Below, piece after piece: positions 9,209-18,425 of a stretch of DNA of 63,746 bases; positions within the stretch are counted from its first letter, which is position 1; every line of letters starts with the position of its first letter. The notes below the pieces were generated by a model. That model saw nothing but the letters and a program-made list of their open reading frames with translations, was not told the origin of the DNA and did no database searches. Source of the DNA: Devosia sp. (GTDB taxonomy: Bacteria > Pseudomonadota > Alphaproteobacteria > Rhizobiales > Devosiaceae); the NCBI GenBank assembly GCA_035433065.1, contig DAORUH010000001.1:1-63746 (forward strand), in the 5' to 3' direction. Both the position numbers and the translations under genes were made by a program.

Positions 9209-10608
9209 CACTCGATGTAGATGGGGTTACTCAGCGCCCGCCGGATGGGCTGGTTCTCAAGGTCGGCGCCCTTCAGCTGCCAGGGCAGTTCGCGCCCTTC
9301 GAGCGCACCGGTGAATTCGGCCACCAGCCGCTCGCGGCTCGCAACAGAGACAACTTCCGCCCGCACGAAAAGCTGCGGCGAGGAGGAGAGCCGCACCGCG
9401 GCCCGCCAGTCGTCGCCAGCAATCTCCGCCTCGGCAATCGTGCCCGTCGCGTCGATCAGCACCAGAAGGTCGCCTGCCGCGCCGCGCACCGTCACGTCCA
9501 CCGCGCTCGCCGCGGCAACGCTGCTGCCCATCGGCACATCGCCAACGGCGATTTCAAGATGTGGCCCGCTGGGGCTCTCGGTCACATACCCGCGCCCCGC
9601 CTTCATGGCTTGAAGCACGGCCTCCTCGGAAAGCTCCGGCAGCCACAGCACCGTGGTCGGCCGCGCCAGCACCAGCGGCCCCTCGGGCAGCAGCCGGTCG
9701 GGCTGGTGAAAATCCGAACCGCCGATGGCCGACAGCCGCATGCCGGAAGCCAGCCGCCGCTGGTAGCGCTCCAGCGACACCCAGTTCCACGCCATCCACG
9801 TCGATTGCCACACCTCCTGGCAATCGGCCTCGGGAAATTCGTAGTCCCACGGGATCGTCGGCTTGTCGTGGTTGATCGACAGCAGCCCGCCCTTTTCGTG
9901 CACCAGCCGCGCGAGCACATGCGCATCGGCGGGCCGCGTCATGCGGAAATCGATCCACGCATCGACGCCGTAGACATTGGCGTGCCCCACCGCGGTCGTC
10001 ACCTCCATCGCGCGGATGAACACGAGGTCCGGGCTCGATTGCGGATGAAAATAGCGCCGCTGCGTGATGGTGTTGTGGTCGGCAATGGCGAGGAAATCGA
10101 GCCCCGCCTGCTTTGCCGCCGCATGCAGCAGTTCCGGCGCGCCGCGCGCATCCGAATGATACGTGTGGCTGTGCAGGTCGCCCCGATACCACCCCGCCGC
10201 GCGCCGCACCGGAAAGGTCCGCGCAGGCTGTGGCAGCAGCGCCCGCGGCGCGCTGTCGAGCGCGATGGTCACCGTCGCGTCCGCGCCGGCCTCGGGCACC
10301 TTGTAGAGCCCGAGAATGGCATTCCAGCGGCCGGGCTGGATTTCGCCGTGCACATAGCCCGGCGTCGCGTCGTCCGTCGCAATGAAGAAGCTGTCCCGCG
10401 CGCCGCCGCTCCAGCCGCGAAAGCCTTCCGCCGTCGGATAGCCCGTATCGCGCGGGTCGAACGCGCCGAGGTCGATGATGCAGTCCTCGGCCTTGGCATA
10501 GGCCAGCGTCACATCGATCCGCGTCGTCCCCGCCGGCACATCGAACGGGATGTAGTAGTAGGGGTTGGCGGCCTGGTCGGCGCGGGTGACGTGGACGGTG
10601 ATCTGCAT
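9208..10608 (-). CDS. PHP-domain metallohydrolase (CehA/McbA family), probable phosphoesterase
   Basis: PHP motifs GDLHSHTYHSD, ADHN, EVTT, NHDK, GGSDFH. Confidence 0.82.
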   Translation of the reverse strand: MQITVHVTRADQAANPYYYIPFDVPAGTTRIDVTLAYAKAEDCIIDLGAFDPRDTGYPTAEGFRGWSGGARDSFFIATDDATPGYVHGEIQPGRWNAILGLYKVPEAGADATVTIALDSAPRALLPQPARTFPVRRAAGWYRGDLHSHTYHSDARGAPELLHAAAKQAGLDFLAIADHNTITQRRYFHPQSSPDLVFIRAMEVTTAVGHANVYGVDAWIDFRMTRPADAHVLARLVHEKGGLLSINHDKPTIPWDYEFPEADCQEVWQSTWMAWNWVSLERYQRRLASGMRLSAIGGSDFHQPDRLLPEGPLVLARPTTVLWLPELSEEAVLQAMKAGRGYVTESPSGPHLEIAVGDVPMGSSVAAASAVDVTVRGAAGDLLVLIDATGTIAEAEIAGDDWRAAVRLSSSPQLFVRAEVVSVASRERLVAEFTGALEGRELPWQLKGADLENQPIRRALSNPIYIE

Positions 10609-10610
10609 CG

Positions 10611-11714
10611 CTATTCGCCCGCCACCGGAATGCGCGTGCCGGTGCTGTCGAACAGGTGCACATGCTCGGGCGAAAAGCCCAGCGTTACGTCGCCGCTCAG
10701 TTCGCGATGATCGTCGGAAAAGATGCGGGCGGTCATCCGCGCGCCATCGCCGCGGTCGATGGTGACGAGGCTTTCGGGTCCCATGTTCTCGTTGGCAAAC
10801 AGCGGCGCGGTGATGGTATTGGCCCCGCCCGGCGCCGCGAGTCCGAGGTGCTCGGGCCTGATCCCCAGCGTCAGCTTCGGGCTGCCGGCCAGCGCCTTGC
10901 CGATCGCGTCGGTCATCGGCAGCGCGGCAACGCTCAGCCCCTCGGCGCTGAGCTGCAACCGCCCATCGCCCTGAACGGCGTCCACGGCAATCAGGTTCAT
11001 CGGCGGATTACCGACAAAGTTCGCGACAAACGTCGTGGCCGGCCGGCGATAAATCTCGATCGGCGAGGCGTATTGCACGATCCGGCCCTGATCCATCACC
11101 GCAATGCGGGTGGCGAGCGCCATGGCCTCGGCCTGGTCGTGCGTCACGTAGACGGCCGTCATCCCCATGTCGCGCTGCAGGTGGTTGAGAAAGCCCCGCG
11201 CCTCGAGCCTCAGCTTTGCATCGAGGTTCGAAAGCGGCTCGTCGAACAGGTAGACCCGAGCCGGATAGACCAGCGCCCGCGCCAACGAGGTGCGCTGCTG
11301 CTGCCCGCCCGAAATCTGGCTCGGCAGGCGGTCGAGCAGATGCCCGATCTTGAGCACGTCGGCCACTTCCTTGGCCCGCCCGTGCCGCTTCGCTACGGCC
11401 TCGCCGCGCACCTTCAGCGGATAGGCGATGTTGTCGGCAAGGTTCATGTGCGGATAGAGCGCATAGTCCTGAAACACCATGGCGATGTTCCGGTCCTTGG
11501 GGTGGAGGTGGGTGACGTCATCGCCCCCGATCAGCACCTGTCCCGAGGTGGGCGTTTCAAGCCCCGCGATCATCCGCAACGATGTGGTCTTGCCGCAGCC
11601 CGAAGGCCCGAGTAGGCACACGAACTCGCCATCGCCGATGGCAAAGCTCACATCGGTGACGGCCTTGAACTCGCCGAAGGCCTTGGTGACGTTCCTGAAC
11701 TCGACCGATGCCAT
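10611..11714 (-). CDS. Carbohydrate ABC transporter ATP-binding protein (MalK-like)
   Basis: Walker A GPSGCGKT, VFQDYALYPH, ISGGQQQR, DEPLSNLDAKLR. Confidence 0.95.
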   Translation of the reverse strand: MASVEFRNVTKAFGEFKAVTDVSFAIGDGEFVCLLGPSGCGKTTSLRMIAGLETPTSGQVLIGGDDVTHLHPKDRNIAMVFQDYALYPHMNLADNIAYPLKVRGEAVAKRHGRAKEVADVLKIGHLLDRLPSQISGGQQQRTSLARALVYPARVYLFDEPLSNLDAKLRLEARGFLNHLQRDMGMTAVYVTHDQAEAMALATRIAVMDQGRIVQYASPIEIYRRPATTFVANFVGNPPMNLIAVDAVQGDGRLQLSAEGLSVAALPMTDAIGKALAGSPKLTLGIRPEHLGLAAPGGANTITAPLFANENMGPESLVTIDRGDGARMTARIFSDDHRELSGDVTLGFSPEHVHLFDSTGTRIPVAGE

Positions 11715-11720
11715 GCTGGT

Positions 11721-12551
11721 TTACGCCTTGATGCCGCCGAAGAACCGGAAGCCGAACTTCCAGCTGACGAAGAGATAGAGAACGATCACCGGCAGCGAGT
11801 AGATCAGCGAATACGCTGCGAGCAGGGTGACGATGGGCGTGCCGGCTTCCGAATAGAACGAATAGATCGCGACCGATGCCGGCATGTTGCTGTCGCTACG
11901 GAGCAGGATGAAGGGGATGAGGAACGAGCCCCAGATGTTGACGAACCCCCACACTACGACGACCACGATGCCGGGCCGGATCACCGGCAGCGCCACGTCG
12001 AAGAACGCCTGCACCGGCGAAGCGCCCGCCACCATGGCGCTCTCCTCGTACGACTTCGGGATTGAGTCGATGAAATCGCGGAGGATGAACATGGCGGTGG
12101 GCAACAGCCCGCCCGCGAAGGTGAGGATCACCGCGATCTGCGTGTCCATCAGCCCCGCCGCCGAAACGATGAGGAAGATCGGCACCATCGCCGCCGAACC
12201 CGACACCACCGACGAGAACAGCAAGAGGATATAGGTCACCGCGCCCTTGCCGGGGATCGACGAGCGCGACAGCGCATAGGCCGCGAGCGTTGCCGCCGCG
12301 CCAAGCAGGATCACCCCGCCCACCGCCTGCAGCAGGCTGTTCCACAGCGCCTGCACGGCAAAGCCGTTGCCGAACACGGTGAGGAAGTTCGACAGCGTCC
12401 ACGGGTCGGGCACCGCAAGGCCGAGTTCGGCGCGGGCGTTGAACGGCGCGAAAATGAACCAGATCAGCGGCAGCGCGAAGATCGCGCCGATCAGCGCGGC
12501 GAGCGCCGAGAACGCCATGCGGCCGAGGAAAGCGGGGAGGGTGAGCTTCAT
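11721..12551 (-). CDS. Carbohydrate ABC transporter permease (MalG-like)
   Basis: Hydrophobic segments; EAA loop SIPKSYEESAMVAGAS. Confidence 0.93.
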   Translation of the reverse strand: MKLTLPAFLGRMAFSALAALIGAIFALPLIWFIFAPFNARAELGLAVPDPWTLSNFLTVFGNGFAVQALWNSLLQAVGGVILLGAAATLAAYALSRSSIPGKGAVTYILLLFSSVVSGSAAMVPIFLIVSAAGLMDTQIAVILTFAGGLLPTAMFILRDFIDSIPKSYEESAMVAGASPVQAFFDVALPVIRPGIVVVVVWGFVNIWGSFLIPFILLRSDSNMPASVAIYSFYSEAGTPIVTLLAAYSLIYSLPVIVLYLFVSWKFGFRFFGGIKA

Positions 12552-12555
12552 CGCG

Positions 12556-13497
12556 TCAGCCCGCCTTCTTCTTTCGCCCGATGCTCAGGTAGACGAGCGC
12601 GAAGGCGAGGTTGATGAGCATCATGATCACGCCGACCGCCGCGCCCTTGCCGAACTGGAAGTCATGGAAGGCGACGCGGTAATTGTAGATCGACACCAGC
12701 TCCGTCTTGTAGCTCGGCCCGCCATTGGTCAGCAGGAACGGCGTGAACGTGTTGAACGTCCACATGGTGATGAGGATGAGGTCGGTGACGATGTGCCCGC
12801 GGATCAGCGGCAGGCCGATGTCGCGGAATTTCTGCCACGACGATGCCCCGGCCACGTCCGCCGCCTGAAAATAGCTCGGCGGGATCGACGAGAAGGCCGA
12901 GTTGAACAGCATCATCGAGAAGGCCGCGCCGCGCCAGGTGTTGAACACGACGATCACCCAGAACGGCTGGTCGAGCAGGAAGTCCCCACGCGGCAGGCCG
13001 AGGCCCGTCAGGATCATGTTCAGCGTGCCGTTGTCGCGGTCGAGGAACGCGAACCAGGCAAAGCCGATCACCACTTCGGGCAGGATCCACGCGGCGATGA
13101 CAAAGGTTTCGGTGATGCGCTTCACCCACGCCGGCACCGTCTGGATCAGCCAGGCCAGCAGCAGCCCCAGCAGCGCCTGTCCGACCAGCGCCGAGGCCAG
13201 CACGAACTGCACTGTGAGGATCAGCGAAAAGCCGAACTGGCCGCGCTGGAAAAACGTCGCCGGGTCGAACAGCGTCAGGTAGTTCGCGAGCCCGACAAAT
13301 TCGGGGTTAAGCGCGGTCTTGCCGAGCAGCGTCCGGTTGGTGAACGAGACGAAGATGATCCAGAAGAACGGGATGATGACGAACACCGCCACCAGCAAAA
13401 ACGCCGGGCTGAGAAACAGCGCCCCGGCGCGCGTCGACAGCAGCGCAAAATTGCGTTGCTTCTTCGGGGGCGCTGCGGAGCTGGTTTCGGTGGTCAT
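12556..13497 (-). CDS. Carbohydrate ABC transporter permease (MalF-like)
   Basis: FVGLANY; EAA loop SIPPSYFQAADVAGAS. Start at ATG 13497. Confidence 0.93.
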   Translation of the reverse strand: MTTETSSAAPPKKQRNFALLSTRAGALFLSPAFLLVAVFVIIPFFWIIFVSFTNRTLLGKTALNPEFVGLANYLTLFDPATFFQRGQFGFSLILTVQFVLASALVGQALLGLLLAWLIQTVPAWVKRITETFVIAAWILPEVVIGFAWFAFLDRDNGTLNMILTGLGLPRGDFLLDQPFWVIVVFNTWRGAAFSMMLFNSAFSSIPPSYFQAADVAGASSWQKFRDIGLPLIRGHIVTDLILITMWTFNTFTPFLLTNGGPSYKTELVSIYNYRVAFHDFQFGKGAAVGVIMMLINLAFALVYLSIGRKKKAG

Positions 13498-13563
13498 CGG
13501 GCAATCTCGATGAGGGGCATGGCGCTCATGGCCGGGCTTGCGCCTCGGCGGCGCAGCGCCGCG

Positions 13564-13597
13564 AAAAAAGGAACCCGGCACCCCGAAAGGCGCCGGG
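13564..13597 (-). terminator. Intrinsic terminator-like hairpin with U-tract between the SBP and permease genes
   Basis: Minus strand reads CCCGGCGCC-loop-GGTGCCGGG followed by TTCCTTTTTT. Confidence 0.6.
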
Positions 13598-13609
13598 CAG
13601 GAGGAACCC

Positions 13610-14959
13610 TTAGAGCTTGCTGACCGTATTGGCCTCGCCGACGATGGCGATGACGGCGGTCTTGTACTGCGCCATCGCGGCTTCCGGCGTCAGTTCGCCC
13701 GACACCACCGCTTCGGTCATGCGCTGGATTTCCTGCGACACCGCGTTGTAGTTCGGGTCGTTCGGACGCGCCGTGGTGAGCGGCAGCAGCGTCTGGCTGG
13801 TTTCCGTCAGGAACGGGCTGTTGGGGATCGGCACGTCGGTCCGGGCCGTGATGCGCGGCTGGATCGCCTGGAAGGCCTCAAGCTGCGCCGGCTCGTTCAT
13901 GAACGACAGGAACGCCCAGGCTTCCTTCGGCGTATCCGTCGCCGGGTTGAGCACAAAGCCCGTGCCGCCCGAAATGGTGACGAAATCCTGCCCGCGGATG
14001 CCCTTGCCGGGCTCCTCGGCCGGCACCTTGGCCCAGCCCATGACCTGATCGCGATTGGCCACCGCGAATTCCGAGCCTTCCGGCGTCACCGAGCGATAGA
14101 AATAGTCGCCCTCGAACAGCAGCGCCGTCACCCCGTCGCGGAAGTTCGCGAACGAGCGGTTGCGGCCGTCCGCGAGCAGCTGGATGCGCTGGTCGCCGAG
14201 CTTTTCGTCGACATAGATGGTCTTGTAGAGATTGAGCGTGTCGAGAATGCCCTGGCTCGAAACGATGAACTTGCCGTCGGCATCGGTCACCGCCTCGCCC
14301 GTGCCGAGCAGCGCCAGCCAGTAGCCCTGCATGGTCGTCGCTTCGCCCATCGCCACGCCGGCATTGAGCTGGATCGGGAAGCTGTCCGGCTTCACCTTCT
14401 TGATGGCGCGGGCGGCGTCGAGCACGTCCTTCCACGATTTCGGCTGCCAGGTATCCGGGTCGATCCCGGCTTCCTTCAGCATGTCCTTGCGCGTGTAGAT
14501 CATGCGCACGTCGGTGCCGAGCGGAATGCCGTACTGCTTGCCCTTGTAGATCATCAGGGCGCGCGAACCCTCGGACAGCGCCGCCCAGCCGGTCCAGCTG
14601 TCGACCTCCGGTCCCGCGACCTCATCGAGCGGCTTCAGCAGCCCGCCCTCGACGAAGGAGGGGATCAGGAAGCCGTCGAAGGCCGACACGTCCGGGCCCG
14701 CGCCGGTCGAAAAATCGAGCGCCAGCTGCTGGGTGAGCTGCGCGTCCTCGCCGCCGAACTGGTTCAGCTTCACCTTGATGTCAGGGTGCGCCTTTTCGAA
14801 CGCCGGGATGACGCTGTTGGCGATCCATTCCGCCGTGCCGCTGTTGGTGCCGCCGACTACGCAGCGGCAGGTGACGTCGAGATCAACGGCGAAAGCTGGC
14901 GCGGCAAACGCCGTGGCGCCAAGAAAACCGAGCGCAAGTGCGCGCAGACGATTGCTCAT
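13610..14959 (-). CDS. Carbohydrate ABC transporter substrate-binding protein (family 1)
   Basis: Signal peptide MSNRLRALALGFLGATAFAAPAFA; GPDV, YGIPLGTD. RBS GGAGGT upstream of ATG 14959. Confidence 0.93.
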   Translation of the reverse strand: MSNRLRALALGFLGATAFAAPAFAVDLDVTCRCVVGGTNSGTAEWIANSVIPAFEKAHPDIKVKLNQFGGEDAQLTQQLALDFSTGAGPDVSAFDGFLIPSFVEGGLLKPLDEVAGPEVDSWTGWAALSEGSRALMIYKGKQYGIPLGTDVRMIYTRKDMLKEAGIDPDTWQPKSWKDVLDAARAIKKVKPDSFPIQLNAGVAMGEATTMQGYWLALLGTGEAVTDADGKFIVSSQGILDTLNLYKTIYVDEKLGDQRIQLLADGRNRSFANFRDGVTALLFEGDYFYRSVTPEGSEFAVANRDQVMGWAKVPAEEPGKGIRGQDFVTISGGTGFVLNPATDTPKEAWAFLSFMNEPAQLEAFQAIQPRITARTDVPIPNSPFLTETSQTLLPLTTARPNDPNYNAVSQEIQRMTEAVVSGELTPEAAMAQYKTAVIAIVGEANTVSKL

Positions 14960-15048
14960 CGCAAAAACCTCCCAAATGGTGGCCCCGGATTTGGTGGCCA
15001 GTGTTGGCCTGCCCACCCATCCTCCAGGTGCCGCAGACCGAGAAAGAA

Positions 15049-15062
15049 TGAACACGTTTTCA
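15049..15062. promoter_or_regulatory. LacI-type operator (copy 1) overlapping the ABC operon promoter
   Basis: TGAACACGTTTTCA with central CG. TTGACG (-35-like) lies on the minus strand at 15068-15073. Confidence 0.7.
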
Positions 15063-15212
15063 CTTGTCGTCAATGCAGGCGCGTCCGGCGGTCTCTCCGC
15101 CGTCGCGTCAGCAATGCTGACATTACCCATGTTTTGCGACGATCCTGTAACACCGGCTGACCCCGTGCGCCGGATCATCCGCTTGACAGTCGAGCCGTCA
15201 AAGGCAGAAAAA

Positions 15213-15226
15213 TGAACACGCTTTCA
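15213..15226. promoter_or_regulatory. LacI-type operator (copy 2) upstream of the LacI gene
   Basis: TGAACACGCTTTCA matches copy 1 at 13 of 14 bases. TTGACA at 15183-15188. Confidence 0.7.
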
Positions 15227-15253
15227 CCTTCGGGTGACCAGGGAGACATCGAT

Positions 15254-16294
15254 TTGACCGCGACTGAGTCGCATCCGGCAGGGCGGGCGACCGCCGAAAT
15301 GGTTGCCGCACGGGCCAATGTCTCGCGCGTGGCGGTGTCGCGCGCCTTCAACCCGCACACCTCGCTGAAGCCCGAAAAGCGCGCGCTGATCCTGCGTATC
15401 GCGCAGGAGCTGAACTACACGCCCGATCGCGCCGCCCGCGCGCTGGTGAGCGGCCGCACCCACCTCGTCGGCGTCATCGTCCCCGATGTGTGCAGCAACT
15501 GGGAGAGCCAGGAGATCGACGCGCTGACCACCGCGCTGCAGGATGAGGGCTTTGCCACCCTCTTGTTCAAGACCCGCACCGACTACAGCATGGATGAGCA
15601 ACTGCTCGCCTACATGCGCGGCTTCAACCCGGATTCGGTGATCGCCTTCGTGGAGAACGTGAAACCCGAAACCCTCGCCCGCTTCCTCGATCGCGCCGTG
15701 CCGATCTACGTCGATTACCCGCTGCCCGGCGCTGCCGGCCACCAACCGCCCGGCCCCATGCAGGACCGGCTGAACGTGCTGCAATACACCGGCATCAATC
15801 AGGCCGTGGCGCTGCTGCAGGGCTATGGTGTGAAGCGCATCGCCTATCTCGCCGGCTCCGACAAATCGCGCGCCAATTCCTCGCGCGAACGCACCCTGCG
15901 CCAGGTGATGGCCGAGCGCGGCCTCGGCGAGCCGGTGATCATGCCGGGCGACTACAGCTACGACACCGCCTACCGCTCGACCATCGACCTGTTCCGCGTC
16001 GGGCAGGGGGCCGACGCCGTGTTCGCCGCCAACGACGTCGGCGCCTTCGGCGTCATGGATGCCCTCCGCCACGAGCTGAACCTTTCCATCCCGAAAGACG
16101 TGAAGGTCGTCGGCTTCGACGACATCGCCCAGTCGCACTGGAAGAGCTACAACCTCACCACGGTCAAATTCGATCTCGACGAGCGCGTCCGCGCCCTCGT
16201 CCGGCTGATCCTCCGCCGCCTCAACGATCCGCAGGGCCCGGCGCTCGAAGAAACTCTCAACACCCGCCTCGTTGTCCGCGGCACCGTCGGCTGA
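15254..16294 (+). CDS. LacI-family transcriptional regulator
   Basis: HTH MVAARANVSRVAVSRAFN, YTPDRAARAL, VVGFDDI. TTG start at 15254 after GGAG preferred, because ATG 15212 overlaps the operator. Confidence 0.92.
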   Translation: MTATESHPAGRATAEMVAARANVSRVAVSRAFNPHTSLKPEKRALILRIAQELNYTPDRAARALVSGRTHLVGVIVPDVCSNWESQEIDALTTALQDEGFATLLFKTRTDYSMDEQLLAYMRGFNPDSVIAFVENVKPETLARFLDRAVPIYVDYPLPGAAGHQPPGPMQDRLNVLQYTGINQAVALLQGYGVKRIAYLAGSDKSRANSSRERTLRQVMAERGLGEPVIMPGDYSYDTAYRSTIDLFRVGQGADAVFAANDVGAFGVMDALRHELNLSIPKDVKVVGFDDIAQSHWKSYNLTTVKFDLDERVRALVRLILRRLNDPQGPALEETLNTRLVVRGTVG

Positions 16295-16299
16295 AATCC

Positions 16300-18234
16300 A
16301 TGACCGCCCCCACCATCCACCTCATCTACAAGACCCATCTCGACATCGGCTTCACCGATCACGCGGCCCGCGTGAGACGGCAGTATCACGAGCAGTTTAT
16401 CCCGCAGGCCATCGCCACCGGCGAGCACTTCTTTGCCGAAGACCCGGCGCACCCCGCCTTCATCTGGACGACCGGCGCATGGCTCATCTGGGATCACCTC
16501 AACACGCAGGATGCCGCCCGCGTCGCGCGCCTCGAACGCGCCATCGAGCGCGGCCTCATCGCCTGGCACGCGCTGCCCTTCACCACGCATACCGAGTTGA
16601 TGAATCCCGCACTGTTCCGCGCCGGCCTGTCCTATGCGCAAGAGCTCGACCGGCGCTTCAACCGCGAGACCATCGCGGCGAAAATGACCGATGTGCCCGG
16701 CCACACGCTGGGCATGGTGCCCATCCTCGCCGAGGCTGGCGTGCGGTTCCTCCACCTCGGCGTGAACACCGCGAGCCCGGTGCCCGACGTGCCGCCGATC
16801 TTTCGCTGGCGCGCGCCCGATGGCAGCGAAATCGTCGTCATGTATCAGGCCTCCTACGGCGACACCGATTTCCCCGCCGGGCCGGATATCGGGCTGAGTT
16901 TTGCCCACACCAGCGACAATATCGGCCCGCAAAGCGTGCCGCAGACGGCCGAGGCCCTGCGCCGCATCCACCACGAGAACCCCGGCGCCACCATCACCGC
17001 CTCGACCCTCGATGCCTTCGGCGCCGCCATGTGGGAGCGCCGCGAGGCCTTCCCCATCGTCGAGCACGAGATCGGCGACAGCTGGATTCACGGCACGGCG
17101 AGCGATCCGCACAAGCTCGCCCGCTTCCGCATGATGCAGCGCCTCCACGACGCATGGGAGCTGGAGCTGACGCCGCGCCGCCTCGCCTTCGGCAGGCAAC
17201 TGGCGCTGGTCGCGGAGCACACCTGGGGCGTCGACATCAAGAGCTACCTGCGCGACGAGACGGCCTTCGACCGCGAGCCCTTCGAGCGTCTCCGCGCGAC
17301 CGACCATCGCTTCGCCTACACCGAACAATCCTGGGCTGAGCAGCGCGCCTATATCGACGAGGCGCTCGGCGCGCTGCACGGCGGGGACCGCGCGCTGGCG
17401 GCGGGGGCACTGCGAGCGCTCGACGTGCCTCCCGCCGCCGCCCCAACTCCCGGCACGCAGCTCAGCGACGGCGGGTGGACGGCAGAACTCTCGCCCGAGA
17501 CCAGCGACATCGTCAGCATCACCGCCCCCTCCGGCCGCATCATCGCGGGCGAGGCTGGAAGCCTGTTCGGCTATCGCCACGAAAGCTACGATTGGGCGGG
17601 CCTGCAAACCCACCTCAATACCTACCTGCAGCACCGTGAAGAATGGGCCATCCTCGATCACGACAAGCCCGGCCTCGCCAACGCTCGCACCGCGCAACAG
17701 GCGGCCTTCGTCCCCACCCATGCCGGCATTGCTGACCGCCGAACAGCTGTCGCAACCATGTCCGAGACGGCCGTCTCACAACTGGGCGCGCCGCTCCGCG
17801 TCGATATCGCCATCAAGGCCGTCCACAACGAGCGGCTCGAACTGACGCTGGTCCTGCGCGGCAAGGCCGCCAATCGTATGCCCGAGGCCGGCTTCCTGAG
17901 CTTCACCCCGGCGACCGCCGGGAACTGGAGCCTCGAAAAGATGGGCCTCTGGCACAGATCCGATGCCATCGTGCGCCGCGGCGGCGGGCAGTTGCAGGCC
18001 GTCACCGCCGTGCGCACGGGCGAGGGCGACACGAGCCTCACGCTCGAACTGCTCGACGCGGCGCTGGTGGCTCCGGCTACGTCGCCCTTCATGCCGTTCC
18101 AGCCCGAGGTGCCGGATTTCTCGCGCGGTGTCCGGGTCAACCTCTACAACAACAAATGGGGCACCAATTTCCCCATGTGGTGGGAGGGCGACGTGCTGTT
18201 CCGCTTCATCCTGGAGCTCCGCGCCTCCGGCTAG
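16300..18234 (+). CDS. DUF5054-type putative glycoside hydrolase (GH38-like N-terminal domain)
   Basis: KTHLDIGFTD (HxD), MTDVPGHT, EIGDSWIHG, EHTWGVD, NLYNNKWGTNFPMW. Confidence 0.78.
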   Translation: MTAPTIHLIYKTHLDIGFTDHAARVRRQYHEQFIPQAIATGEHFFAEDPAHPAFIWTTGAWLIWDHLNTQDAARVARLERAIERGLIAWHALPFTTHTELMNPALFRAGLSYAQELDRRFNRETIAAKMTDVPGHTLGMVPILAEAGVRFLHLGVNTASPVPDVPPIFRWRAPDGSEIVVMYQASYGDTDFPAGPDIGLSFAHTSDNIGPQSVPQTAEALRRIHHENPGATITASTLDAFGAAMWERREAFPIVEHEIGDSWIHGTASDPHKLARFRMMQRLHDAWELELTPRRLAFGRQLALVAEHTWGVDIKSYLRDETAFDREPFERLRATDHRFAYTEQSWAEQRAYIDEALGALHGGDRALAAGALRALDVPPAAAPTPGTQLSDGGWTAELSPETSDIVSITAPSGRIIAGEAGSLFGYRHESYDWAGLQTHLNTYLQHREEWAILDHDKPGLANARTAQQAAFVPTHAGIADRRTAVATMSETAVSQLGAPLRVDIAIKAVHNERLELTLVLRGKAANRMPEAGFLSFTPATAGNWSLEKMGLWHRSDAIVRRGGGQLQAVTAVRTGEGDTSLTLELLDAALVAPATSPFMPFQPEVPDFSRGVRVNLYNNKWGTNFPMWWEGDVLFRFILELRASG

Positions 18235-18281
18235 AAGTGGCCGCTGCACCGGCCAAAACCGATATTCCTCCCAACCTCGGA

Positions 18282-18296
18282 ATAGCTCAAACTTAT
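18282..18296 (+). promoter_or_regulatory. LysR-type T-N11-A box upstream of the aroE-ABC operon
   Basis: ATAGCTCAAACTTAT is the exact reverse complement of 28234-28248. Confidence 0.75.
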
Positions 18297-18425
18297 GGCT
18301 GGCCCGCCAGATTGAAATGGTTGCACCGCTGGTGCTCTGCCAGCCTCCATGGGTTGGCTGGGGGGCCAGGGGAGGATGTCTGGCGTGTGTGCCGTGCACT
18401 GTGGTGCGCCCGGAAAGGGCGCTGA

